Assembly (NCBI GenBank): GCA_036339735.1
Contig: JAYZAL010000064.1
Span: 64,001 to 128,000, forward strand
Source of the DNA: Candidatus Poribacteria bacterium
GTDB taxonomy: Bacteria; Poribacteria; WGA-4E; UBA9662
Length of the DNA stretch: 64,000 nt
Reading direction: 5' to 3'
The notes beneath the pieces are model-generated. The model saw nothing but the letters and a program-made list of their open reading frames with translations, was not told the DNA's origin and ran no database searches. Both the position numbers and the translations under genes were made by a program. Positions 10,159 through 20,167 of this stretch are shown here, piece after piece (positions within the stretch are counted from its first letter, which is position 1; each line of letters opens with the position of its first letter).

Positions 10159-10181
10159 AGACGAAAGGTGTGAATAAGTAG

Positions 10182-12062
10182 ATGTCTGATTTTCTACACC
10201 AGATCGAACGTCGCATATTGATTGGAGATGGTGGGCTTGGGACTCAGCTTCGCCTCCGATTACCATCGAATATACGATGTTTAGATGCCTGCAATATTGA
10301 TCCTACTTTCAGAAATTTTGTCTATGAGATTCATGCAGATTATGGGCGTGCAGGTGCGGATATTATACAAACCAATACCTACGGAGCCAATCAACTAAAA
10401 CTAGATCTACAAGGATATGGTAATCAGCTAGAATCCATCAATCATGCTGGAGTACAGTTGGCATCCCAAGCCGCAACCGAGATTAGTTCATCACAAAACA
10501 GACAAGTTTTTGTGGCTGGATCGGTTGGGCCATTGGAAAGTAATCCTCTAGAAGATGAGTTGTCTATAACAGAAATCCGTCAGGCCTTTACTGCTCAAAT
10601 GGAAGTGCTTGTTTCTGCAGGAGTTGATCTTCTAATATTAGAAACCTTCACAGAGCTACGACAAACAAAAATAGCTACCAAATTAGCGGTCAAGTTTGGG
10701 TTGCCTGTGATAGTACAAATCAGTGGAATCTCAAAAGGGATTGTGAGCGATGGAACCGACGTACGAGTTTTTGCCCAAACATTATGCCAATTGGGCGCCA
10801 ACGTTATTGGTTTAAACTGTCGCGGCCCACATGATTTGCTGCTTGCAGCTGAAAAAATAGCGCGGGTTACAGATACGCCACTTAGTGTGCAACCTAACGC
10901 AGGAACTCCAAGAATTGATCAGGGTAAAATCCGTACCACATACAGTGTTTCTCCGGACCATTTTTCTGGATTTATAAAGAGATTTCTGAGTCTAGGGATT
11001 AACATAATTGGTGGTTGTTGTGGTACTACATCAGAACACATTAGCGTAATTCGGGAAAACATCGCCGATTACGTGCCGACTCGGCGTCAGACCCAGATTT
11101 TCGTTTTTCCCGATAATCAGAAGTCAAGTAAAAGCAACATTTCACCTAATCCTGTTAGGCAAATTTTTGAAACTAATGATCGTATAGTCAGTGTAGAAAT
11201 GCGTGCTAATACTTTTCCTCAACTAAGAGCTATGGTTAAAGCTTCCAAAAATCTGGCTGACTTGGGGGTTGATTTATTTGATGTTCCAGATAACGCTGGG
11301 GCTACGGTTAATATAGGCGCTATCGGTACAGCTTTTAAGTTACAGCAAGCTAGTAACATCCCTACACTTATTCATTGGACTACTCGCCAGCGTAACCTGA
11401 TTAGCATTCAGTCCCACTTATTGGAAGCTTGGGCATTAGGTATTAAGGGGATCATAGCTTTATCTGGAGATCACCCTAAAGTTGGTCGATTTGAGACTGC
11501 TAAGATCGTTACTGACGTACGAGGTTCCGTTCAGTTGATGGAATTGCTAAAACGATTGAATCAAGGCACCTTGATTGATAGTACCTCGTTAGGAGAGGCT
11601 TGTGATTTTTATGTTGGTGGTGGTTTTACTATTACCAAAAACCTCAAGCCGCAGTTGAAGCATCTGCGTCGAAAAGTCGAGCGGGGTGCAAAATTTATCT
11701 ATACCCAACCTGTATACGATTTAAGTACGGCCGAAGACATTTACCAGTCTGTTAAGAACGAGGGGTTCGAGACTAAAATCCTTCTTGGTATTTTACCAAT
11801 CACTAGCTTCCGTAGTATATCTTTTTTACAAGATAATTTGGGAATGTATATTCCCTCGACAGTGGTTAAAAAATTCCAAGATATTAATAATCCTGAAGAC
11901 CAATTTCTCTATGGTCTATCGATAGCTACAGATTTAGTTTCTCAGCTCAGTGAGCAAAATCGTTTTTCGGTTGATGGTATTTACATAATACCACCTTCCC
12001 GAATCAATTGGGCTAAGAAACAAGCAACTATCACTCAATTAGTTCAATCATTCAGAAAATAG
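10182..12062 (+). CDS. Bifunctional homocysteine S-methyltransferase / methylenetetrahydrofolate reductase (YitJ-like)
   Basis: DGGLGT, AGADIIQTNTYGAN, GLNC, GGCCGT (Zn ligands); C-terminal MTHFR-like domain (ALSGD, GAKFIYTQPVYD). Confidence 0.92.
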   Translation: MSDFLHQIERRILIGDGGLGTQLRLRLPSNIRCLDACNIDPTFRNFVYEIHADYGRAGADIIQTNTYGANQLKLDLQGYGNQLESINHAGVQLASQAATEISSSQNRQVFVAGSVGPLESNPLEDELSITEIRQAFTAQMEVLVSAGVDLLILETFTELRQTKIATKLAVKFGLPVIVQISGISKGIVSDGTDVRVFAQTLCQLGANVIGLNCRGPHDLLLAAEKIARVTDTPLSVQPNAGTPRIDQGKIRTTYSVSPDHFSGFIKRFLSLGINIIGGCCGTTSEHISVIRENIADYVPTRRQTQIFVFPDNQKSSKSNISPNPVRQIFETNDRIVSVEMRANTFPQLRAMVKASKNLADLGVDLFDVPDNAGATVNIGAIGTAFKLQQASNIPTLIHWTTRQRNLISIQSHLLEAWALGIKGIIALSGDHPKVGRFETAKIVTDVRGSVQLMELLKRLNQGTLIDSTSLGEACDFYVGGGFTITKNLKPQLKHLRRKVERGAKFIYTQPVYDLSTAEDIYQSVKNEGFETKILLGILPITSFRSISFLQDNLGMYIPSTVVKKFQDINNPEDQFLYGLSIATDLVSQLSEQNRFSVDGIYIIPPSRINWAKKQATITQLVQSFRK

Positions 12063-12183
12063 AAGACACTGGGAAAGTGAGCAAATGAAAATTGATCTGC
12101 TATCTAAAATCGATTATACTGCCGGTCAATTGATAGGAATCGTAGTTAACAAATGTCATCAGATCAATGAAAGGTAAATAAAA

Positions 12184-13233
12184 ATGGGAACACTGAATGG
12201 TATTGACCTGAAACAATTAGTCTGTAACGATCAATTTAACCCACGATGGGAATCATATGAACTTAAAGCACTTGGTCCTAAAGAGGTTCGAGTGCAAAGC
12301 CAACTAACAGCAGCTAAACATGGAACTGAACATTCGGAGTTATTAGGTAAGGCTATTTACATTGAATCACCTTATCTCGGTGATAAAAAAATCTTTGATC
12401 GTTCTACGGTTAATAAGCCCGACACCTCTCGATGGAGCGGAGTTGGTAATACGACGGTTGGGCTTGTTATTGAAACTGGGGCTGAAGTTGAAGGGATCAA
12501 AGTTGGAGATCAGGTTTGGGGGTATGGCGGCTTTCGTTCTATCCATCAAGGCAGCCACTTTCGCTTAATGGCTGATGGTTTTACGCCTGAAGCAGCCTGT
12601 TGTATGGATCCTGCTAACTTCGCATTGGCCGCAGTTAGGGACGGAAACGTACGAGTTGGTGAAAAGGTCATTATATTCGGTATGGGTGCTATTGGTTTAT
12701 TCACCGTCCAGCTAGCCCGTTTGTCTGGCGCTACTGATGTAATTGCTGTCGATCCTATTCAAAACCGAAGGGAATTGGCACTCAAACACGGTGCGACACT
12801 GGCGGTAGATCCTGACCAAGTGGATGATTTCGCCCTAGCTTCAAGAGATTGGTTAGGTGATGGTGCTGATGTAACAATCGAAGCCAGTGGTAATTATCAC
12901 GCTCTTAACCAATCTATTCGAGCTACGCGTTATGCTGGTAATGTGGTGCCACTAGCTTTCTATAGTGGCGAATCGAAAGGCCTGAATTTAGGTGAAGAAT
13001 TTCATTTCAACCAGATCAACATTATTTCAGCTCGTGCGTGCAGCCACCCGCAGCGTGATCTCTACTGGAGTGAGAGCCGTATTTTCGATATCCTGATCCA
13101 ATTATTTAGCAAAGGTCATCTAGTCCCACACGGTTTACCTTCGCCCATTGTACTACCAGAAGAATTACCCTCCGCTTACGGTCAGATTTTCCACAACCCG
13201 AGAGAGGTTATTAAGGTCGCAGTTCGCTGGTGA
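12184..13233 (+). CDS. MDR / zinc-binding alcohol dehydrogenase family protein
   Basis: HGTE, GDQV, GMGAIG Rossmann motif, EASG. Confidence 0.85.
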   Translation: MGTLNGIDLKQLVCNDQFNPRWESYELKALGPKEVRVQSQLTAAKHGTEHSELLGKAIYIESPYLGDKKIFDRSTVNKPDTSRWSGVGNTTVGLVIETGAEVEGIKVGDQVWGYGGFRSIHQGSHFRLMADGFTPEAACCMDPANFALAAVRDGNVRVGEKVIIFGMGAIGLFTVQLARLSGATDVIAVDPIQNRRELALKHGATLAVDPDQVDDFALASRDWLGDGADVTIEASGNYHALNQSIRATRYAGNVVPLAFYSGESKGLNLGEEFHFNQINIISARACSHPQRDLYWSESRIFDILIQLFSKGHLVPHGLPSPIVLPEELPSAYGQIFHNPREVIKVAVRW

Positions 13234-13276
13234 ATAACATAGTTAGATATTAATTTTTGACAAGGAATTTGACCAA

Positions 13277-14293
13277 ATGGATTACCAAAAAACGTTAGCA
13301 GAACTCGAGAATTTAGTAGTTGAAACATATGGGCTGTGGGACCACAATCGAGTTGGTTTTCAATGGAGGCATTATACTTGGAACCATACTAAGCGAGTGC
13401 GAGCTATGGGTATGGAGTTAGGTCGTAAAGTCGGTGGGGACATTCAGAAGCTAGAAGTTGCAGGTACACTCCATGACATCACCAAGCGCTATGATGGTGA
13501 AATCTTGCATGATGAGAATGGTAAGCGAGTAACTAGTTCTCAGGGGTTTTGGTTGAATGAAAAGATAAAACCTGTGCGACAGAACATTATCACTGAACTC
13601 TATGAACAATACGATCTCTACGAAACAGTTCACCATGACTCGGGAGCTACTATTTCTGAAAAAATCCTGGTTGACTTTGGTTTCGATAAAGAGTTTGTTG
13701 AAGCGGTACGTTCGATTGTCTTTGCTCACCTAAAACCTATCAATATGACTCCGTCAGACTTCGATATCCTGTATAAAAATATCGAAAACCAGATTTTATA
13801 TGATGCAGATACTATGGATCCCAATGTAGGTTACACTAGCTTCTTCCGTAACATCCATATTCACGCCCATTTTGCCATACAGCGTAATGGGAAGTTTGAA
13901 CTAGGAAGTTATGTTGAAGGATTACCCAAATTTGTAGACTCAAAAGACGGCTTTGTCGACCAACTCTTAACTGACGTAGCGATAGAAGTTGCCACCAATC
14001 GTCAAACCAGAACTCGTCAACTTGCAGCTGAAATGAATTTTGAACTAGATAATTTGGAAATCAACCGCCAGTACGGTTTGTTAGGTGTAATAGAATATTT
14101 CGTTAGTGAAGTAGAAGACCCAGACTTTGCTTACCAGCTCAATTACTTGCAAAAGGAGTGGATACCGAAGCGCCAGGAATGGATAGCTGACAGAAAGATG
14201 TCCAGATTGGAACGGGACGATGCTGAGTTGGCCATAGGTCGCGTCATTAGTTTTACTGACAGCTTGGAGTCAGAATACAAAGGTATCATTTAG
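13277..14293 (+). CDS. HD-domain metal-dependent phosphohydrolase
   Basis: H..RV, LHDITK, HH, H and LYDAD motifs. Confidence 0.85.
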   Translation: MDYQKTLAELENLVVETYGLWDHNRVGFQWRHYTWNHTKRVRAMGMELGRKVGGDIQKLEVAGTLHDITKRYDGEILHDENGKRVTSSQGFWLNEKIKPVRQNIITELYEQYDLYETVHHDSGATISEKILVDFGFDKEFVEAVRSIVFAHLKPINMTPSDFDILYKNIENQILYDADTMDPNVGYTSFFRNIHIHAHFAIQRNGKFELGSYVEGLPKFVDSKDGFVDQLLTDVAIEVATNRQTRTRQLAAEMNFELDNLEINRQYGLLGVIEYFVSEVEDPDFAYQLNYLQKEWIPKRQEWIADRKMSRLERDDAELAIGRVISFTDSLESEYKGII

Positions 14294-14316
14294 TTCATTT
14301 TTGATTTGAGATATTC

Positions 14317-15804
14317 ATGAGCGGGCCTATAAAAAGACCAAATCTAGTTTACCTTTTTGCTGATCAATTACGGTACCATTCTTGTGGATTTGCGGGTGAT
14401 CCTTGGGCCCAAACACCTAACATGGATTTACTGGCTAGCCAAGGCGTCAATTTTACCAATGCAACGTCCAATACACCAGTTTGTTCTGCCTATCGCGCTT
14501 CGCTATTTACTGGGAAATACCAAAGTAGTCACGGTATGGTCATTAACGAACTGAGGTTGAGCCCAGAGCATAAGTGTTTTGGACATGTTTTGACTGCTAA
14601 TGGTTATCGGACGGCTTACATTGGAAAATGGCACTTGTGGGCTAACGAACTCGGTAATCATCGCGCGATTCGTAACGGGTTTGTGCCACCGGGGCCATAT
14701 CGATTAGGTTTTGACGATTATTGGGCTGGATATAATTTTAATCATAACTCATACGACTCTTACTATTTTGAGGAAACCGCGACCCCAATCCCCTACAATG
14801 GCTATGAAGCTGATATACAGACCAACCTTGCAATCGATTATATTCGCCAAGCTGCCAGAAATAGTTCCCCATTTGCCATCTTTCTTTCGTGGGGGCCACC
14901 ACACGACCCTTGGGGACCAGATAACATCCCTGATGAATATTGGAAGATGTTTGAAGGCGTTGATATTCATCCAAACCCTAATTTTTCTTCTCAGCCAGAT
15001 CCTTATTCCGATAATTGGGCAAAAATCACCCCAGATTATTTGAATGATTTGCAAAACTCGATGAGAGGTTATTATGCCCAAACAACCAATATCGATTGGA
15101 ACTTGGGGAGAGTGATGGATTGCCTCGAGCAAGTTGGATTAGCGGAAAATACTATTTTAGTCTTTACCTCTGATCATGGAGAGATGTTTGGCTCACAAGG
15201 TAGACGAGCCAAAAACATATTCTATAATGAAGCTTGTCATGTGCCTTTTTTACTACGTCACAGTAGGAAAACGCTGTCAGAACACAAGACTAATGTCAAC
15301 TTCAGTACGGTTGATATTATGCCAACTTTGTTATCGATGATGAATTTACCGATTCCTTCTACCGTCGAAGGTTCAGACGTCAGTAGTTTTGCCATTCAGG
15401 GGTCGGGGGTCGGACCAATTGCAACTTTTATGCAAGGTATGGGAACAACAGCTGCTTGGACTGATGGTACCGAGTGGAGAGGAGTAAAGGATAATGAGTT
15501 CACTTTCGCTGTTTATCGTGAAAATAGACGGGAGTTTCTGTTCAGTAATGAGGACGATCCATACCAGTTAAAAAACTTGGCTAAAAATCCTGATTACACT
15601 GATAAAGCCCAACTTTATAGGACCTTATTAGATGATTGGATGAATGTTCAAGAAGACGGATTTGAAGCTTGTTCTTGGTACCGAAATCAATGGACTAAAG
15701 ACCGAAACATTATCCGAGGTGCTAAAGGCGGATGTCACGATCTTGAACAACTGAGTGAAATTATCTTAACACATTTCCCTGATATTGATTGTGTTCTACC
15801 TTAG
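14317..15804 (+). CDS. Sulfatase (S1, CxAxR variant)
   Basis: PNLVYLFADQ, PVCSAYRASLFTG, GKWH, PPHDP, SDHGE. Confidence 0.93.
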   Translation: MSGPIKRPNLVYLFADQLRYHSCGFAGDPWAQTPNMDLLASQGVNFTNATSNTPVCSAYRASLFTGKYQSSHGMVINELRLSPEHKCFGHVLTANGYRTAYIGKWHLWANELGNHRAIRNGFVPPGPYRLGFDDYWAGYNFNHNSYDSYYFEETATPIPYNGYEADIQTNLAIDYIRQAARNSSPFAIFLSWGPPHDPWGPDNIPDEYWKMFEGVDIHPNPNFSSQPDPYSDNWAKITPDYLNDLQNSMRGYYAQTTNIDWNLGRVMDCLEQVGLAENTILVFTSDHGEMFGSQGRRAKNIFYNEACHVPFLLRHSRKTLSEHKTNVNFSTVDIMPTLLSMMNLPIPSTVEGSDVSSFAIQGSGVGPIATFMQGMGTTAAWTDGTEWRGVKDNEFTFAVYRENRREFLFSNEDDPYQLKNLAKNPDYTDKAQLYRTLLDDWMNVQEDGFEACSWYRNQWTKDRNIIRGAKGGCHDLEQLSEIILTHFPDIDCVLP

Positions 15805-16513
15805 ATATTTGGTCTGTTTTTTACCCGTTTTTATTATTCTAGATCGCGGCTTTGCCGCAGACGACTCATTTGAGCAGGGGATGTTGCACTATCGGGCTCG
15901 TCATTTTGATCAAGCTATCAAAAAATTCGAGTACACTGTTGACCTCTTTCCAAATCACGCAGAGGCTTACAATTACTTGGGTGAATCTTTGTACGAGATG
16001 GGATCCTATATACAAGCGGTCAAATCGTTTAAAAAGGCCTTACAGATTAAGCCAGGCTATGGTCGAGCTGAAGTTAATTTGTTAGTTACTAGCTGGAAAT
16101 TACCTCCGTCAGTTAAGCCTCCCCCATTGGAAGGCTGGCCTGAAGTTCGGTTGCAATTGATAAGTGGTTACACCATTGCCATTGGGGCCGCTGTACTAGC
16201 TTACTTGGGTGGAAATCTGATTGGTGCTAAGAATCAGGAAGGTATTGTTCCTTATGAAGTCGGTGCAATAGGCTTAACTGTTGGCAGCATTGAACAAATT
16301 TATCTATTAGGCGAAGAGTTGGGTTATGGTGGTGGCCAACGTATCAACGTGATCGCTGGAGCTATTTTCTGCCCATTGATTGGCAGTATTATATATAGCA
16401 AAGTTCCGCAGGTTGGTCAAACAGGGTATCTTCGAGGAGCGGCTTATGGTGCATTACTAGCACCAATCGGCGCTATTGTTGGTTATCATCTGTCTAAAAA
16501 TAGTCTATTCTAA
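15785..16513 (+). CDS. TPR-containing membrane protein
   Basis: Signal-like N-terminus; TPRs (AEAYNYLGESLYEMG..A...FKKALQIKP); Gly-rich hydrophobic C-terminal helices. Confidence 0.75.
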   Translation: MIVFYLRYLVCFLPVFIILDRGFAADDSFEQGMLHYRARHFDQAIKKFEYTVDLFPNHAEAYNYLGESLYEMGSYIQAVKSFKKALQIKPGYGRAEVNLLVTSWKLPPSVKPPPLEGWPEVRLQLISGYTIAIGAAVLAYLGGNLIGAKNQEGIVPYEVGAIGLTVGSIEQIYLLGEELGYGGGQRINVIAGAIFCPLIGSIIYSKVPQVGQTGYLRGAAYGALLAPIGAIVGYHLSKNSLF

Positions 16514-16582
16514 TCTGATTGCCGATACTTTGATTTCGACATCAAATAATCATGGGGACTTTTTTTATTAGACAGATTGAAC

Positions 16583-18454
16583 TTATCGAATGTCCCCGAT
16601 CCAAGTCAGAAATTTATCAGCCGGTATGAAAGAGGAAATTCGTTTTCCTTCTAATTCTTGACCACTACTATCGAAAAAGGCAACGATTGGTAGCCCACTG
16701 ACTTGATACTTAGCTTTCAGTGTTTTGATTCTTGGATCTTTTGGGTTGGTGAAGTCAAGCTTGATTGTGACGAAATCATTTAATCGCTCAACTACTTCAG
16801 GCTGTGAAAAAGTTCGGTGATCTAATTCTTTGCATGCCGAACACCAGTCGGCGTAAAAATCGATCATGATAGGCTTATTTTTCTGTTTAGCAATCATAAA
16901 GCCTTCTGATTCATCTTTAATCCAATTTACCTTTGGCTCATTATTATGAGATCTAAGAGTTTCTTTAAATTGAAATCCACCATTAATAAATCCTCCAGCC
17001 ACTATATAAAAACCGATTACAGCTATCAATACACCGAATGCTTTCTGCAAATAAGAAAGCCCTCTTAGATCTTTAAAGCGCTTAGTGAATTTTCCAATTT
17101 GTATACCATTGATGATAAAAATTAAGCCAATGGCCAAAAATTCTACTGAATTTCTTAGTAGTAAATTTAGAGGAAGCCAAATGTTTTTGAGATAAAAAAG
17201 GGACATGGCGATGATTGCAACACCGAAAATGTTTTCTAGCACGTACATCCACCCACCTGACTTGGGTAAAGAGCCTAAAATACTAGAGAAAGTACCGATC
17301 ACAATAAAAAGTAGACCCATACCAATTGCGTACGTCAACATTAAAAAAAAGCCTAATGTTATATTATTAGTAGTAGCTACATAAGATAGTACGGCACCTA
17401 AGGCCGGTCCTGTACAAGGAGCTGCAATTACTCCAGCTACTGTTCCCATTATAAATGCACCACCAAACCCAGATCCACCGACTGCATTAAGTCGATTTTG
17501 AATACTCATTGGTAGTTGCAGATCAAATAAACCTAACATTGATAGACCGAGAATTATTAAAATAGTACAGACTAGACCCATGGCAATCGGGTTAGCCATA
17601 ATGGTACCAAATACTGAACCAGTTGAGGCTACAATGACTCCTAGGATTGAGTACATTACAGCCATGCCAAAAACATAACTAATTGACAACAAAAAGGATT
17701 TTCTTCGACTTGTATCCTTTCCTGCTCCAAATACAGATACTGTTATTGGGACCAGTGGGTATACACATGGTGTTAGACTAGTCAGAATTCCACCGATAAA
17801 AACAAATAGGAACGCCCAGAGATGCCCCTTCGATAATGCAGAGAGAAACTGATCATCAGGTGGTAAGTTTTCATTTTGTTCTCTTATGTCTTTTGAGAAT
17901 GGGTTGAAATTGAAATTTTCGAATATGTCAGTGTGGATCGATTGGGTCGATTTCTCAGAGGAAACAATTTTTAACTGTATAGGAACAGACAATTCAGTTG
18001 GCATAAGGCAACTCTGGTCATTGCATGCCTGGTAACGTAAAACTGACATGAATTCAATCAATCCGAGTGGTGCGCTATTACTGACTTGTCCCTTAAAGCC
18101 AATTAATGACTGGTAATGATAGAGTGGAACTTTACCGACTGAAGCTAATTCAGTGATTTCTCCCTCTGAGTACAATACCGACTCTAAACTTAAGTAAGGT
18201 TGCTCTGGTAGAATTAACTCTGTTGGAATCAAGTAATTTTGGCCCGCAGGATTAGCGTTTATATGCCAACCGTCTTGGATTTCTATCCGAATTACAGCTT
18301 CAAAGCTTTGACCAGCGTGAAATTGATCTTTTGATAGAAAGGTTCTTGCTGTAACAATTTCGTTCGGACTATTCAAGAATTGGGCTTGGCTGAATTTGTG
18401 GCTCCAGCTACACAAGACCATCAGTATTAGAATTATTTTCCAGCGAGCAGCCAT
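16583..18454 (-). CDS. dsbD: Thiol:disulfide interchange protein DsbD
   Basis: N-domain QACNDQSC; TM domain TPCVYP and APCTGP; thioredoxin domain FYADWCSAC. Confidence 0.93.
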   Translation of the reverse strand: MAARWKIILILMVLCSWSHKFSQAQFLNSPNEIVTARTFLSKDQFHAGQSFEAVIRIEIQDGWHINANPAGQNYLIPTELILPEQPYLSLESVLYSEGEITELASVGKVPLYHYQSLIGFKGQVSNSAPLGLIEFMSVLRYQACNDQSCLMPTELSVPIQLKIVSSEKSTQSIHTDIFENFNFNPFSKDIREQNENLPPDDQFLSALSKGHLWAFLFVFIGGILTSLTPCVYPLVPITVSVFGAGKDTSRRKSFLLSISYVFGMAVMYSILGVIVASTGSVFGTIMANPIAMGLVCTILIILGLSMLGLFDLQLPMSIQNRLNAVGGSGFGGAFIMGTVAGVIAAPCTGPALGAVLSYVATTNNITLGFFLMLTYAIGMGLLFIVIGTFSSILGSLPKSGGWMYVLENIFGVAIIAMSLFYLKNIWLPLNLLLRNSVEFLAIGLIFIINGIQIGKFTKRFKDLRGLSYLQKAFGVLIAVIGFYIVAGGFINGGFQFKETLRSHNNEPKVNWIKDESEGFMIAKQKNKPIMIDFYADWCSACKELDHRTFSQPEVVERLNDFVTIKLDFTNPKDPRIKTLKAKYQVSGLPIVAFFDSSGQELEGKRISSFIPADKFLTWIGDIR

Positions 18455-18602
18455 TTATTTACTTTTCCTTGGTCAAATATCAAGACATGATCATTGCAAT
18501 AGATTGTAATATTTTGAGAGTTGACATGAACAATATTAGAATAGCTTAGTCCCTTCAAAATGAAAAATTATTGACTCGTAAGTGTATACCATACTAAATG
18601 AG

Positions 18603-19781
18603 ATGACAAAAATTAATCAGTTAGAGTTAAAAAAAACTCAGTTGAATCAATGGATTCGAAAACAAGCCGAAAAAATGGGATTTGATTTGGTTGGTATAGT
18701 GCCTGCTGACCCTCCAAAACTTATCGATCGTTACCGTGAATGGTTAAATCTAGGTTATGCAGGTGAAATGGAGTACCTACACCGCCATTTCCCTTTAAAA
18801 CAAGACCCAAAAAACTTATTACCAGAAGTGAAATCTGTTATTTCATTAGGATTGAACTATTATACTGTTGAGCCTGATGCTGTGCGAAAGCTGGATCCTA
18901 CCCGTGGTCAAATTTCCCGCTACGCTTGGGGGGAAGATTACCATGATGTAATCCGTAAACGACTCAAGCGATTAGTTAAAAAAATTGAAAAACGTTTAAA
19001 AAGAGAAACAAAAAGCCGCGTTTTTGTTGACTCTGGTCCCATTTTGGAACGTGATTATGCCCAAACTGCTGGTTTAGGCTGGATTGGCAAAAATACCAAT
19101 TTAATCAATTGGCAAAAAGGATCGTGGTATTTTTTAGCTGAAATTTTGATCAGCCTGGATTTAGGTGTCGATGTTTTACCTGCACGTGGTAGTTGTGGCT
19201 CTTGCACACTTTGCATAGAGGCTTGTCCAACTGACGCTATTGTTGCTCCGAATCAGGTAGATGCAAGGAGTTGTATTTCTTACTTAACTATCGAGTTGAA
19301 AGAAGCAATACCGATGGATCTAAGACCAGGTCTTGGCAACCTAATTTTCGGTTGTGATATTTGTCAGGAGGTATGTCCCTGGAATACCAAATCACAACCA
19401 ACTTCTGTTGAAGAATTCCAACCTAGAAAGGGTAATCTCCTGCCAAAATTAGCCGACTTAATTGGTATTACGCAAAACGAATTTAGCCAAAAGTTCAAAG
19501 GAAGTCCGATCAAGAGAGCTAAACGACGTGGTTTTTTACGGAACGTAGTCGTGGCTATGGGAAATTCAAAAGACCCGTCGATGGTTGAGCCTCTTCAATC
19601 AGCTATTTGGGATACTGAACCACTAGTACGTCAACATGCAGCATGGGCTTTAGGGCAAATTGCTACACCGCTGGCTGAAACTATTCTCAAAAAAAAATTA
19701 CAAAATGAAAATAACATTGAGGTTGCAACCGAAATCGAGTCTGCTTTGCAAATTATCGAATCAGAGAATATGAAAGACTAA
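18603..19781 (+). CDS. queG: tRNA epoxyqueuosine reductase QueG with C-terminal HEAT repeat (start uncertain, 18582 or 18603)
   Basis: ISRYAWGEDYH, VDSGPILER, CGSCTLCIEACPT, CISYLTIE, GCDICQEVCPWN. Confidence 0.95.
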   Translation: MTKINQLELKKTQLNQWIRKQAEKMGFDLVGIVPADPPKLIDRYREWLNLGYAGEMEYLHRHFPLKQDPKNLLPEVKSVISLGLNYYTVEPDAVRKLDPTRGQISRYAWGEDYHDVIRKRLKRLVKKIEKRLKRETKSRVFVDSGPILERDYAQTAGLGWIGKNTNLINWQKGSWYFLAEILISLDLGVDVLPARGSCGSCTLCIEACPTDAIVAPNQVDARSCISYLTIELKEAIPMDLRPGLGNLIFGCDICQEVCPWNTKSQPTSVEEFQPRKGNLLPKLADLIGITQNEFSQKFKGSPIKRAKRRGFLRNVVVAMGNSKDPSMVEPLQSAIWDTEPLVRQHAAWALGQIATPLAETILKKKLQNENNIEVATEIESALQIIESENMKD

Positions 19782-20167
19782 TTCAACTGGATTTTTTGAC
19801 TTTGATTAATTTAGTCAAGAACAATATTAGTGCTCGAATCGAGTAAAAAACTATAATGATCCTGGAATGTGAATTTTCTGGCACATTCCCAAATTTTAAC
19901 TAAACATTTAGGAATCGTTGTCCGACAAGATTTTAACTTTAGGTTCCAAATAATTATAAATTCAAGATTTCAAAAAATAGGTGGCAGATCAGCTTTGATT
20001 CTTAGAGCCTGAAACTCTTTTTGTTTTGGTAACGTTAGTTTCTGCGTGTAACTATAGAATTGGAAATCGTTATTGTTTTCTAGCCAGCCTGACTCGTTTG
20101 TTTCAATCACAATAAGCTGAAAGCTTAATAATACGAATTACTTTCTCCTCCTGTATCAGATTAACTA

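Noticed and set aside
19864..19889. GGAATGTG-N10-CACATTCC and TGGCA sigma54-like words upstream of the HD-GYP gene
   Set aside because: No TTGC at the sigma54 spacing; an 8-bp inverted repeat alone is too weak to call.
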